Shown: in pieces, positions 8,883 through 18,753 of the stretch
How positions within the stretch are numbered: the stretch's first letter is position 1
How the letters are laid out: each line of letters starts with the position of its first letter
DNA from: Desulfurococcaceae archaeon
GTDB taxonomy: Archaea > Thermoproteota > Thermoprotei_A > Sulfolobales > NBVN01
Length of the DNA: 57,276 nt
Direction: 5' to 3'
NCBI GenBank assembly: GCA_020832985.1
Contig: JAJHRE010000003.1
Span: forward strand, 1-57,276
Program-made: the position numbers and the translations under genes
Notes under the pieces: model-generated
What the model saw: only the letters and a program-made list of their open reading frames with translations
The model's database searches: none
Told to the model about the DNA's origin: nothing

Positions 8883-10904
8883 CTAACCCGTAATCAGTAG
8901 GTGTAGGTTATACATTATCATGACGTAAGTTAATATCATGGCTAACGTTATTATGTATAGTGTTAAGAAGGAATCCATATCTGCGTAGTTAATCATCTTA
9001 AATAAAATACTTAAATATCTGGAGATGACCATCCCTACATACCTCACAGTAGTATTTAACGTATGTTCTAACCCGTTAAATACTTCCTCAACCCCCCTTA
9101 CAATACTACCCCCTACAGTATATATCAGTAACGTAACCCTCCTCACGAATGAAACACCTAACATTGAAGTACTGTGGATCAAGTAGTTAATCGTATGTGA
9201 GATTAGATTAGCTATATTGGTCGGGCTTACTAAGTGTAACACCCTAAACTCATATCTTATTAAAGCTAGTACAACACCTAAAACAGTTGCCGGTATTGTT
9301 GACCAAGTAATTAATGGGTTAGTAGAGATGTATTCAACCTCTTCCTCAGTAATTGTTAAGATATCTATTAACGTATGTTTAAACCAGTATCCGATAACAC
9401 CTAGATACACCATCGTGATTATTAGGGGTATTATCGGGTATATCAATAACTTACTCATCATATGGACATCACAGAGCTTATGTTGTTTTTCATGGTTTAG
9501 GAATATAAGTGTTATCATTCGTGTAGCGTAGAAAGCTGTTAGGAATGTTGTTATGATAACTATGGATAACGGTATGTATAGCTCCTTAAAATGTATTATC
9601 TCTATTATGAACTCCTTACTCCAAAAACCTATTAATGGTGGTATTCCTAACAGGTTTAAACAAGAGATTAAAGTTATTAGGAAGAGTATGAGGTTATTAC
9701 GGTTCTTAAGAGGGAACCTCATCTCAGTTATGTATATAGTCCCGCTCAGATGTATTAGAATACCTGCTATTAAGAATAGTGCTGATTTAAATACTGCATG
9801 ACTTATCATATGGTATACACTTGCTACGATACCGTTAGTAATTGTTTCTGTAAGGCCTGCAATACCTAATATTAAGAACATATAACCTATCTGACTTATC
9901 GTCGAGTATGCTAAAACCTTCTTCAACTCTAAAGCCCTACCAGCATTTACAGCACCGTCAACCATAGATAACACTCCAGCTACAGCCAATACTGTGAATA
10001 TTATTGAGGCATTATCAACGACCTCACTAATACCTACTAACTCAGGTAGTAATCTAATGATTAGGTAAACACCTGCTTTAACCATAGTTGCTGAGTGAAG
10101 TAGTGCTGATACTGGTGTAGGTCCTGCCATAGCGTACGGTAACCATATATGTAGGGGGAATTGAGCTGACTTAGCTAGAGGGCCTGTAAGGAATAGTATT
10201 AAAGGTGTTAGGACTGACCATACAGGTAATCCGTTACTTACTAATGATTTAATAATACCTAAGTCTTCATAGTATGGTGAACCGGTGAGGACAACTAATG
10301 TAAGGATACCTACCAACATTACCGAATCTGCAGAACCTACAGTTATGAATGTCCTGGAGGAGCAGTATGATGGTGGGTGTAGAGGTGCTTTACCTGACGG
10401 CCCTCCAATCCAGTACTCCCTCTCATCACCGTAGTAATACCCTATCAGTAAGTAACTACATAGACTTACACCCTCCCAACCGATGAAGAGTAGGATGAAG
10501 TTATCAGCATTAACCACTACTAACATACTTGCGATGAAGACTAGCATTAAGAACCAATAACGTCTACTATCGTAGTGTTCATCACTTAAGTACCCTATAG
10601 AGTAGATTAGAATTATAGTTGATAGACTACATAAGAGAATACTTACTAAAGTACTTAGGGGATCTATAAGGAATGAAATACTTACTGGTTTAACACCTGG
10701 TATGACTAACCAATCACTAATTAATTCAATTCTTTGAGGTCCTGAGTAAACCACATCAACGTAGAGTATCGATGCTGTTATCAGAGATATTATCGACGCT
10801 AGTACTGAGAGTACGCCAGCATATAACCTACTCTTAACTATAGTCACTAATAACGCTACTACTATAGGCGTCACTAACTCCGTAATTACTAGGTAATACA
10901 TCAA
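8883..10904 (-). CDS. Proton-conducting antiporter-like subunit (NuoL / MrpA family)
   Basis: 673 aa polytopic protein with GWEGVSLCSYLLIGYY and HIWLPYAMAGPTPVSALLHSATMVKAGVY, the hallmark NuoL/ND5 motifs. It is adjacent to the NuoN-like gene. Confidence 0.8.
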   Translation of the reverse strand: MMYYLVITELVTPIVVALLVTIVKSRLYAGVLSVLASIISLITASILYVDVVYSGPQRIELISDWLVIPGVKPVSISFLIDPLSTLVSILLCSLSTIILIYSIGYLSDEHYDSRRYWFLMLVFIASMLVVVNADNFILLFIGWEGVSLCSYLLIGYYYGDEREYWIGGPSGKAPLHPPSYCSSRTFITVGSADSVMLVGILTLVVLTGSPYYEDLGIIKSLVSNGLPVWSVLTPLILFLTGPLAKSAQFPLHIWLPYAMAGPTPVSALLHSATMVKAGVYLIIRLLPELVGISEVVDNASIIFTVLAVAGVLSMVDGAVNAGRALELKKVLAYSTISQIGYMFLILGIAGLTETITNGIVASVYHMISHAVFKSALFLIAGILIHLSGTIYITEMRFPLKNRNNLILFLITLISCLNLLGIPPLIGFWSKEFIIEIIHFKELYIPLSIVIITTFLTAFYATRMITLIFLNHEKQHKLCDVHMMSKLLIYPIIPLIITMVYLGVIGYWFKHTLIDILTITEEEVEYISTNPLITWSTIPATVLGVVLALIRYEFRVLHLVSPTNIANLISHTINYLIHSTSMLGVSFVRRVTLLIYTVGGSIVRGVEEVFNGLEHTLNTTVRYVGMVISRYLSILFKMINYADMDSFLTLYIITLAMILTYVMIMYNLHLLITG

Positions 10905-10955
10905 ACTCCAAGGATTTCTAGAAGGGGAGGTTATTAACTAATATGTTTAAGTCGG

Positions 10956-12008
10956 TCATAACTTCATTAAGTAATCAGCTATAGCTCTAGCAACTTTAAA
11001 ACCATCCTTCATTGCAGGACCTATCTTAGATGGTCCTGTAACTACATCACCAGCTGCGAAGACACCCTCCCTACTAGTACGTCCCTCCTCATTAACTAAT
11101 ATCCTCCCATCCCTACCTAACCTAATACCGAACTCACCATCAGCTATAGGAGGTGTTGGTAACTCACCAATACTGTTAATAACTACATCAACTTCTAACT
11201 CAAACTCACTACCCTCTATAGGTACTGGTTTAGGCCTACCACTCTCATCAGGCTCACCTAACCTACACCTCAACAACTCTACAGCCCTTACAGAACCTCC
11301 AGAACCTAATATCTTAGTAGGTATTACTAACTCAACCCACTCAATACCTAACTCAATCAACTTCCTAATCTCACCCTCCCCAGCAGGGGCTTCCTTAATA
11401 CTCCTCCTATAGAGTATGTAGACCTTCGAAGCATTCATCCTTAAAGCTTCTGAAGCAGCATCTACAGCTGATAACCCAGCACCTATGACGGCAACCCTCT
11501 TACCGCTTATGTTAGGTACTTCCTCATGACTTAGATAACCTAGTCTCCAGGACTTAACCCTAAATAGGAAGTCTAAAGCCTTAAACACATTACTTAAGTC
11601 CTCTCCAGGTATCCCTAAACTCCTAGACCTCCAAGTACCTGTAGCTATGAGTACTGCATGATACTTATCAATTATATCACCTAAGTATACCTTAGACTTT
11701 ACGAATTCATCACCTTCCTCACGAACCTCCCTCCCACCGACGACTTTAGCCCTACCTAAGAAGTTAACGTTATATGATTGTAAAACATCCTTAACACCAC
11801 CTCTAATCCTCTCAGGACTTAACCTATCACTAGGTATTGCGAATATGAGTAGTCCTCCAGGCTCAGGTAATTTATCATATACGTCTACCTCAGCACCACT
11901 ACAGCCTAAGAAGCCTGCAGCAACTAACCCAGCAGGTCCTGAACCTATCACAGCAACTTTCTTACCTCTTAACCTCTCACCAGGTATACAGCCTAGGACA
12001 AACCTCAT
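10956..12008 (-). CDS. FAD/NAD(P)-dependent oxidoreductase, glutamate synthase small subunit (GltD)/SudA-like
   Basis: Two Rossmann motifs, VAVIGSGPAGLVAAG and VAVIGAGLSAVDAA, plus a C-terminal VFAAGDV. This architecture is typical of the GltD family. Confidence 0.7.
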   Translation of the reverse strand: MRFVLGCIPGERLRGKKVAVIGSGPAGLVAAGFLGCSGAEVDVYDKLPEPGGLLIFAIPSDRLSPERIRGGVKDVLQSYNVNFLGRAKVVGGREVREEGDEFVKSKVYLGDIIDKYHAVLIATGTWRSRSLGIPGEDLSNVFKALDFLFRVKSWRLGYLSHEEVPNISGKRVAVIGAGLSAVDAASEALRMNASKVYILYRRSIKEAPAGEGEIRKLIELGIEWVELVIPTKILGSGGSVRAVELLRCRLGEPDESGRPKPVPIEGSEFELEVDVVINSIGELPTPPIADGEFGIRLGRDGRILVNEEGRTSREGVFAAGDVVTGPSKIGPAMKDGFKVARAIADYLMKL

Positions 12009-12059
12009 GAGAATTCCCTTTAAATTTATTTTTGAGGGGTTTAAATATAGTAAATCTAG

Positions 12060-12887
12060 TTGGGTTGTATGTGGTCAGGGATATATGTAGTGGTAGCGTC
12101 GATGTTATGGTCTACTATAGGTGTAGCTACCTTATTAAGTAGTGATGTTGTTTTAATGTTACTGGTACGTTCTACTATAGTAGCCCTTATAGGATTACTG
12201 ATGTGTAGGTCTAGGTCTAAAGCATCATTAGTAGTAGGTCTAATACTAGGTATTCTATTCACCTCATACGTAGTATCTATAACGTTAGCTGGTGTAGGGC
12301 CTGCAGCATACCTCCTATACACAGCACCTATATGGAGTTCGGTAATGGCTTTAAGATATGGTGAGAGGGTCGGCAAGTATGATTTCTTAGGTATGGTGTT
12401 GGTAGTGGTTGCTGTTGTTTTAATGACTTACGATAGCGTTGTTAACCATACCGTAAGTCTTTACGGTATAGTCTCCGGACTTACATCAGGGTTTATCTAC
12501 GGTCTCTACATATCAGTTGTTAGGTATTACTCATCTAGAGGTCTTGATAAGGAGGTATCTATAGGTGCTATGCCTTACATACCATTAACTGTCTACCCAC
12601 TAACACTTTACTACGTATTCAGGGGTTTCACACCAGGTAATATATACTCGTCAGTAATTGCTGGTACGTACTTAGCTATATTCTGTACGTTAATACCTTA
12701 CAGGTTGTTTACTATGGGGACTAGAAGACTGAGTGCGTCAACAGCTTCAGTAATAGCGACTATAGAACCTGTATTCGCATCTATATGGGATTACCTAATA
12801 TTTAGTAAGGTCCCTACAACAACCCTACTTACTGCATACGTCTTAATGGTGGTTGCCTTAATCACCGTCTCTGTGAAGAGTCGTTAA
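12060..12887 (+). CDS. EamA/DMT-family transporter
   Basis: 275 aa with about 10 TM segments and an EamA-like N-terminus VVASMLWSTIGV. Confidence 0.6.
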   Translation: MGCMWSGIYVVVASMLWSTIGVATLLSSDVVLMLLVRSTIVALIGLLMCRSRSKASLVVGLILGILFTSYVVSITLAGVGPAAYLLYTAPIWSSVMALRYGERVGKYDFLGMVLVVVAVVLMTYDSVVNHTVSLYGIVSGLTSGFIYGLYISVVRYYSSRGLDKEVSIGAMPYIPLTVYPLTLYYVFRGFTPGNIYSSVIAGTYLAIFCTLIPYRLFTMGTRRLSASTASVIATIEPVFASIWDYLIFSKVPTTTLLTAYVLMVVALITVSVKSR

Positions 12888-13233
12888 CACTACCATCCCT
12901 ACTAAGTAATTCCCTCCTCTTATTAGACGCTAACTTGTAGTAATATCCGAACTCCCTCCTCTCACCGAAGGCTTCAATACCTTTAGTTCTTAAGGTCTCT
13001 CTAAGACTATCAGCTAACTCCTTACTTAACTCACCCCTCCTCTCTAAATAATCAATTACTTCTAAACCCTCCTCAACACTTCTAACCCTACCTAAGAAGT
13101 CGTAGATATTCGGTACGTAGTTATGTAGGGGGTCTTTAACGAGGCTGTTAACCTTAGCTGTATTCCTACTTAAGATTTCCTTAGATAGTTTAGGGAATAA
13201 CCTACGGAACTCCTCAACATCATACTCAATCAA
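12862..13233 (-). CDS. Hypothetical small soluble protein
   Basis: 123-aa ORF with normal charged-residue composition that fits the gap between neighbouring genes. I could not assign a family. Confidence 0.45.
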   Translation of the reverse strand: MIEYDVEEFRRLFPKLSKEILSRNTAKVNSLVKDPLHNYVPNIYDFLGRVRSVEEGLEVIDYLERRGELSKELADSLRETLRTKGIEAFGERREFGYYYKLASNKRRELLSRDGSVNDSSQRR

Positions 13234-13288
13234 GTAATCACCAATGTTTAATAGGTATTAAAGTTTAAATTTGGAAGTGCTGACCTAG

Positions 13289-13519
13289 TTAGACCTCAAC
13301 AACCTTACTACATTTAAGCTTACTTAACACTTCATTTAACTTATCTAGAGGGACTTTATAAGTGAATAAGTACTTCTTAGTCCTTAACTTAATCTTAGCG
13401 ATCTTCTCCTTCTCTAACTTCTTAACCCTACACTCTATAGCTACCTCACTTAACTTAATCGCGTGTTCCTCATCTTTAATCTCTATAGGCATTAACCTAC
13501 ACCGTATAAACGGTATCAC
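13289..13519 (-). CDS. rpl38e: Ribosomal protein eL38 (L38e); the real start is probably the internal Met at 13492
   Basis: MPIEIKDEEHAIKLSE...CRVKK...KIKLRTKKYLFTYKV...KL follows the eukaryotic/crenarchaeal L38e pattern MPxxIxD...K.K.R..RYLYTL. Confidence 0.6.
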   Translation of the reverse strand: MIPFIRCRLMPIEIKDEEHAIKLSEVAIECRVKKLEKEKIAKIKLRTKKYLFTYKVPLDKLNEVLSKLKCSKVVEV

Positions 13520-13539
13520 ACAGTTTTAAAAGTTATTGA

Positions 13540-14094
13540 TCAGTGATTCCTGAGGTTGTAGAGTTCAGAGTTCAACCTAGGTATTAACGCCATGACCACA
13601 GCATTAAATGTGAGGTCCTCCCTAAGTACCTTACCGTTGGATAAGATCTTTATGAATCCTCCATACTCACCTATATCCTTAGTCTTGAAGTACTTATCAA
13701 CAACTACTTCTAACTCCCCAGCACTACCTCTAAGTATTTCATCAACGAATACGTACGGGACCTCAAATGCTGGGCTTAAACCGTAGGTTATATGACCGTA
13801 CCTATCAGCAATCACAGCTACGTGTACGTCAAACCACCTATCACCTACCCTGAATAAACCTGCCTCAACACCTACCCCATGGTCTGCAGAACCTACAACC
13901 TCTAAAGACTTTAAAGCCCTGTTTAAAGACCCCTTAAATATGGTCTCCATACCTAACGGTTGTGGCGGTACTTGAGAAGGTACTTCAACACCTACTACCT
14001 CAACATCTAACGAGAAGAACTTATACGCCCTCTCAACACCGACGACTTTAGACTTATTCCTACTACCAACTACTACTAACATCTCTGCCCTCAA
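13540..14094 (-). CDS. Inosine/xanthosine triphosphatase (non-canonical purine NTP phosphatase, YjjX/DUF84 family)
   Basis: N-terminal VVVGSRNKSKVVGVERAY, a length of ~180 aa, and GVGVEAG match this NTPase family. Confidence 0.65.
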   Translation of the reverse strand: MRAEMLVVVGSRNKSKVVGVERAYKFFSLDVEVVGVEVPSQVPPQPLGMETIFKGSLNRALKSLEVVGSADHGVGVEAGLFRVGDRWFDVHVAVIADRYGHITYGLSPAFEVPYVFVDEILRGSAGELEVVVDKYFKTKDIGEYGGFIKILSNGKVLREDLTFNAVVMALIPRLNSELYNLRNH

Positions 14095-14159
14095 AACAAT
14101 CTAAAACCCTTTAAATAAGATTTATTATGTGATGAACAGAGTATTTCAGAGGTGTTGAG

Positions 14160-14414
14160 ATGTCTGTAGGGAGTGTTTTAGAGGGTGTTAAGGATCTCTA
14201 CGGTATAGTACTCTTCTTCAGGGATAACTGCGTAGATGATGACCTCTACGAAGCTTTAGATAAGGTTTTACGTATGATTGAGGAATTCCTAATGAGTAGT
14301 GATGTTAGTGAGGAAAAAGCTAAGGACTTTATGAATGAGTTATACAGCTTCGTTAGGTCTAACCCACTCACTAAGTTCTTAAGCATATATATTAGGGATT
14401 ACATCACTTCTTAA
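14160..14414 (+). CDS. Hypothetical small acidic protein
   Basis: 84-aa ORF in an otherwise empty gap, downstream of an AT-rich promoter-like region. No family recognised. Confidence 0.3.
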   Translation: MSVGSVLEGVKDLYGIVLFFRDNCVDDDLYEALDKVLRMIEEFLMSSDVSEEKAKDFMNELYSFVRSNPLTKFLSIYIRDYITS

Positions 14415-15393
14415 GTACTTGAGGGTTAACAGGGTTTAACGGGGGTAACCCCTTAAACCTACGTACGACTTCCTCAGCAGCCATTAACGCAACCCTCCTC
14501 ATACTCTCATATGTTGAACCACCTACATGAGGTGTTATCACTACGTTCGGTAGCTTATACAGTGGGTGTTCTGGAGGTAGTGGTTCAGGGTCTGTAACAT
14601 CTAATGCAGCACCAGCTATCCAACCCTCCTTTAAAGCTTTGTAAAGTGCTTCAGTATCTATTAAACCACCACGTGCTGTGTTAACTATAACAGCTGTAGG
14701 CTTCATCACCCTCAACCTACCCTCATTAATTATATGGTGCGTCTCCTTAGTTAGTGGTGCGTGGATTGAGACTATATCAGCCTGCTTCAGTAATGTCTCT
14801 AAATCAACTAACTTAACACCTAATTCCCTAGCCTTCTCCTCAGTTACGTATGGGTCGTAAGCAATTACCTCAGCACCCATAGCCTTAACGATCTTAGCAA
14901 CTCTAGAACCTATATTACCAATACCTACTAAACCTACAACCTTACCGTAAACCTCATTACCTGTACCGTAAACCCTAGCATCATCCCACCTACCCTCAAG
15001 CATCTTATCAATAATTAGATGTAACTTCCTTAAGATAGTTATCATAAGCCCTACAGTGAGTTCAGCAACTGCTGGGGCGTTAGCACCTGGTGTGTAGGTT
15101 ACTAGTATACCCCTCCTAGTAGCTTCCTCAACATCAACTCTATCATAACCTACGCCGTGGATTGAAATTATCTTTAAGTTAGGGCATACATCCATTACAG
15201 ACTTATCAACCCTACCAATCCTAACTAATATAGCGTCAGAACCTTCAACACCCCTCAACACATCCTCATCAACTACCCAACCCTTAGTAGTTACGAACCT
15301 CACGTTAAAGTACTCTAACAACATCTTAACAGCGTCTTCATGGAGTGGAGCATCCTTAGTTGAGAGTACAGATACTACAGGCTTACCTGACAT
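14404..15393 (-). CDS. D-isomer-specific 2-hydroxyacid dehydrogenase (glyoxylate reductase / phosphoglycerate dehydrogenase-like)
   Basis: NAD-binding motif GLVGIGNIGSRVA, then NTARGGLID and the catalytic region ITPHVGGST, typical of this family. Confidence 0.8.
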   Translation of the reverse strand: MSGKPVVSVLSTKDAPLHEDAVKMLLEYFNVRFVTTKGWVVDEDVLRGVEGSDAILVRIGRVDKSVMDVCPNLKIISIHGVGYDRVDVEEATRRGILVTYTPGANAPAVAELTVGLMITILRKLHLIIDKMLEGRWDDARVYGTGNEVYGKVVGLVGIGNIGSRVAKIVKAMGAEVIAYDPYVTEEKARELGVKLVDLETLLKQADIVSIHAPLTKETHHIINEGRLRVMKPTAVIVNTARGGLIDTEALYKALKEGWIAGAALDVTDPEPLPPEHPLYKLPNVVITPHVGGSTYESMRRVALMAAEEVVRRFKGLPPLNPVNPQVLKK

Positions 15394-15438
15394 TCAAACT
15401 CACCGGTAGTAACTTAACATACGTAATAAATTCTTTAG

Positions 15439-15540
15439 TGGTAGCCGGGCGGGGATTCGAACCCCGGTCACGGGGGCCAAACTCGGGGGTAAGTTAATGG
15501 CTTACCTGCCCCGCATCCTTGACCGCTAGACGACCCGGCT
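15439..15540 (-). tRNA. tRNA-Gln(UUG) with a 26-nt intron (15482-15507) at non-canonical position 32/33, and an encoded CCA
   Basis: Manual fold of the minus strand. Acceptor AGCCGGG/CCCGGCT, D arm GTCT-AGCGGTCAA-GGAT, anticodon stem CGGGG/CCCCG, T arm CGGGG-TTCGAAT-CCCCG, discriminator A then CCA. Only removing AGGTAAGCCATTAACTTACCCCCGAG after C32 gives a 7-nt loop with U33 (CTTTGGC). The mature length is 73 nt. Confidence 0.8.
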
Positions 15541-15686
15541 TCATAATAACTAATTATAATGAAGACTTAAATACTTTATGTTGATTGGTTAATCCTTAAG
15601 GTAATACCTATAAAAAACTATCTATCTAGAGTCTTAAACAGTATCTCTTATAACTTACTGAGGATAATGTAGTCTTAGGTGTCTGA

Positions 15687-16142
15687 ATGAGTAGGGCTTG
15701 CTGTGTAGTTAAGATGTTGAGGGAGTTAGGGATACGTTCAGACTTCAACTCATTTAAGGATAGGTTACTAGCTCAGAAGATAGTCTACATAGCCCAAACG
15801 GTATTCGGTATTGACTTCGGGTATAAGTTCATATGGCATATAAGGGGTCCTTACTCTAAAATCCTCAGTAGAGATCTTAGGGTTTCTGTAGACCCTACAT
15901 GTAGGTGTCCTGAATTAAGTAGTGAGTCTTTAGGTAAGCTTAAATCATTAATTAATGATTTAAGGAGTTTAGGTAATGACTTAAGCATGTCTGCCGAGGT
16001 ATTAGCTAGTTACTTAATGCTTTCTAGGGATGTCTACCCAAGACCTGAAGACCCTATCAAGGAATTAATAAGTAGGAAACCATACATCAGTTATGACGAC
16101 GTTCAAAACATATTAAAAATTTATAGTAAGTATGTTGTTTAA
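15687..16142 (+). CDS. Hypothetical protein with resemblance to the Panacea/DUF4065 (SocA-like antitoxin) domain
   Basis: LAQKIVYIAQTVFGIDFGYKFIWHIRGPYSKILSRDL resembles the DUF4065 core pattern (KL.Y.aq...G......f.a..yGPv...v). This is recognised by eye only. Confidence 0.35.
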   Translation: MSRACCVVKMLRELGIRSDFNSFKDRLLAQKIVYIAQTVFGIDFGYKFIWHIRGPYSKILSRDLRVSVDPTCRCPELSSESLGKLKSLINDLRSLGNDLSMSAEVLASYLMLSRDVYPRPEDPIKELISRKPYISYDDVQNILKIYSKYVV

Positions 16143-17365
16143 CCACTCATCACTAACTTCTCAATAGTTTTTACAGCTGCTTCAGCATCAGCTACCACTA
16201 CACGGTCTACCTCATAGCTTAACATCACGTCAGGGTCCTTCAACGCATGTCCGGTAGCAATAGCTACTACCACCTCATCACCTCTGATAATACCTAAATC
16301 TACAGCCTTCCTAACACCAGCTATAGATGCTGCACTAGCTGGTTCAACACCTAAACCTTCTAACCTAGCTAGGTCTTTCTGAGCGTTTAAGATCTCTAAA
16401 TCACTAACGCTTAAGGCGTACCCCCTACTCTCATTAAGTACTCTTAAAGCCCTCTCCCAATGGACTGGATTACCGATCCTGATGGCTGAGGCTATAGTCT
16501 CTACCTTAGTCTCAGGTACGTACTTACCGTTATGGAAAGCCTTAACTATAGGTGATGCTCCCTCAGCTTGTACAGCTAATACCTTAGGTAACCTCTTAAT
16601 CAACCCTAAAGCCCTTAACTCCTTAAGCCCCTTCCACAACGACGTTATATTACCTGCATTACCTACAGGTAATACTACCCAGTCAGGAACTCCTAACTCA
16701 TCAACTATTTCATAACCTACTGTCTTCTGACCCTCAATCCTCCAAGGATTGACTGAGTTGAGTGGGTATACTTTAAGGTCGTTAGCTAACTCCATAATCA
16801 CCTTCATAGCTGTGTCGAAACCACCTTCAACCTCAATTACCGTAGCACCGTAGAGTAAGCCCTGCCCCATCTTACCCTTAGCAATACCGTTCTTAGGGAC
16901 TACTAAGATTGGTTTAAGCCCTGCCCTCCTAGCGTATGCAGCCATACTAGATGATGTATTACCTGTTGATGCACAGACAACAGCTCTAACTCCTAAGTAC
17001 TTAGCTATAGTGATCGCTACAGTCATACCTCTATCCTTGAAACTACCTGTTGGGTTAGCACCTTCAAACTTAACGTAGAGGTTAGTAAGTCTTAAAGACC
17101 TACCTAAATTACTAGCACGTATTAATGGTGTCCCACCCTCATAAAGTGTTACTACCTCTGCATCCTTAGGTACAGGTATTAACTCCCTATACCTCCACAC
17201 ATAGAATTTCCTACTCCTGAATAACTCCCAACTAACTTCAGCATCTACAGACCTTAACTCAACCCTGAGAAGACCTCCACAATCGCAGAAGATCCTACGA
17301 CTTAATAACTCGTACTCCCTACCACATTTCTCACAAATTAATAGGTTTGGGGCATCTAAAACCAC
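16139..17365 (-). CDS. thrC: Threonine synthase
   Basis: N-terminal zinc-ribbon-like CEKCGREY...CDCGG, PLP-lysine motif GSFKDRG, ASTGNTS and VGNAGN. Confidence 0.85.
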   Translation of the reverse strand: MVLDAPNLLICEKCGREYELLSRRIFCDCGGLLRVELRSVDAEVSWELFRSRKFYVWRYRELIPVPKDAEVVTLYEGGTPLIRASNLGRSLRLTNLYVKFEGANPTGSFKDRGMTVAITIAKYLGVRAVVCASTGNTSSSMAAYARRAGLKPILVVPKNGIAKGKMGQGLLYGATVIEVEGGFDTAMKVIMELANDLKVYPLNSVNPWRIEGQKTVGYEIVDELGVPDWVVLPVGNAGNITSLWKGLKELRALGLIKRLPKVLAVQAEGASPIVKAFHNGKYVPETKVETIASAIRIGNPVHWERALRVLNESRGYALSVSDLEILNAQKDLARLEGLGVEPASAASIAGVRKAVDLGIIRGDEVVVAIATGHALKDPDVMLSYEVDRVVVADAEAAVKTIEKLVMSG

Positions 17366-17448
17366 CGTAACTCCTATACCTAAGGACTTAAATACTTATC
17401 GTTTACTTGGTAAAGACTATAAATTATCTGTAGTTAATGTGTTATTAG

Positions 17449-18753
17449 GTGGGCCTCACGGTTAAGGTTAAGACATCTTTAGATAGTGGTAAAGGTGTTA
17501 AGAGTATTTATGATGAGGTCTACGGCTACATACCGGTATCTGAGGTTGAGCTTAAGGTAATTGAGACACCGACTGTTCAGAGGTTAAGGAGGATTAAGCA
17601 GTTAGCACTTGCTTGGTATGTATACCCTGGAGCACTACATACTAGATTCTCACATTCTTTAGGGGTTATGCATGTAATAGGTATCCTGGCTAGGAAGTTC
17701 ATCGATGAAGGCTACGTAAGACGTGATGATTATGAGTTATTAAGGGTTGCTGGGATATTACATGATGTAGGTCATACACCCTTCAGTCATGCTATCGAGT
17801 CATACATGACTCAAGCCTTCAGGATTAGGCATGAGGAGTTAACCACCTACATAATAGAGACTGACCCATACTTAAACGAGGTCTTCTCAGAATACGGTAT
17901 AAATCCTAAGGAGGTAGCATCAGTTATTAGGGGGAATCATAAGGAACCACTGTATAATATGTTATTATCTAGTGATTTAGATGCTGACCGTATAGACTAC
18001 CTACTTAGGGACTCACTACATACTGGGGTAGCTTACGGTATGATAGATATTGACAGGATATTACATACGATAACTGTGGATAAAGATGGTGAGTTAGCAG
18101 TTCCTTCAAAGTCTATACAGGCAGTTGAGAACTTCTACATAGCTAGGATGCATATGTACAGAGCTGTTTACCACCATAAAACCATAGCTGCATTTCAAGT
18201 TATGATGAGGACTATATATGAGATGATACTGAATGAGTTAGGTGATTACCTAGAACCATTCACTACTTTACCGAAGATCTTATCAAGTATTAGGAAGGGT
18301 GAGTTCTACTTATGGGATGATAACCTCATAGCAGGCACTATAAACTTAGTGTTAGTTAGGGGTTTAGGGAGTGAAGTACTTAGAGAGTTAATCAGGTTAT
18401 TACTGAATAGGGTTGGTTATAAGGCAGTATACGATGTCGTTAAACTCTCTCAAGAGCCTTTATCTACGGATAGGGATGAAGTAGTTAAGAGGTTAAACGA
18501 TGTTGTTAAGGACTTAAGTAGTTATGTAGGGTTTAGAGATTATATGACGATACCCTATATAGAGGAGTTAAACTTAGTTGATGAGGACTTATGTGTTAAG
18601 GTATTAGATAGAAACACATCTGTGAGGATTACCGAGTATAACTCCTCAATAATTAACTCTATACCGAGGTTCATAGGTATAATTAGGCTGTACGTACATC
18701 CGAACATATATGATAAAGCTAAGGAAGTATTACTAAGTAAGGGTATTATATGA
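17449..18753 (+). CDS. HD-domain phosphohydrolase (dNTP triphosphohydrolase/SAMHD1-like family)
   Basis: RFSHSLGVMHV...ILHDVGHTPFSHA...DADRIDYLLRD is the classical HD superfamily dGTPase-like signature. Confidence 0.75.
   Translation: MGLTVKVKTSLDSGKGVKSIYDEVYGYIPVSEVELKVIETPTVQRLRRIKQLALAWYVYPGALHTRFSHSLGVMHVIGILARKFIDEGYVRRDDYELLRVAGILHDVGHTPFSHAIESYMTQAFRIRHEELTTYIIETDPYLNEVFSEYGINPKEVASVIRGNHKEPLYNMLLSSDLDADRIDYLLRDSLHTGVAYGMIDIDRILHTITVDKDGELAVPSKSIQAVENFYIARMHMYRAVYHHKTIAAFQVMMRTIYEMILNELGDYLEPFTTLPKILSSIRKGEFYLWDDNLIAGTINLVLVRGLGSEVLRELIRLLLNRVGYKAVYDVVKLSQEPLSTDRDEVVKRLNDVVKDLSSYVGFRDYMTIPYIEELNLVDEDLCVKVLDRNTSVRITEYNSSIINSIPRFIGIIRLYVHPNIYDKAKEVLLSKGII

Noticed and set aside
15394-15686. 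An integrated element using tRNA-Gln as its attachment site.
   Set aside because: I found no second copy of any part of the tRNA sequence (for example GGGGATTCGAACCCCGG) elsewhere in the window to serve as the distal att repeat. No integrase gene is present.
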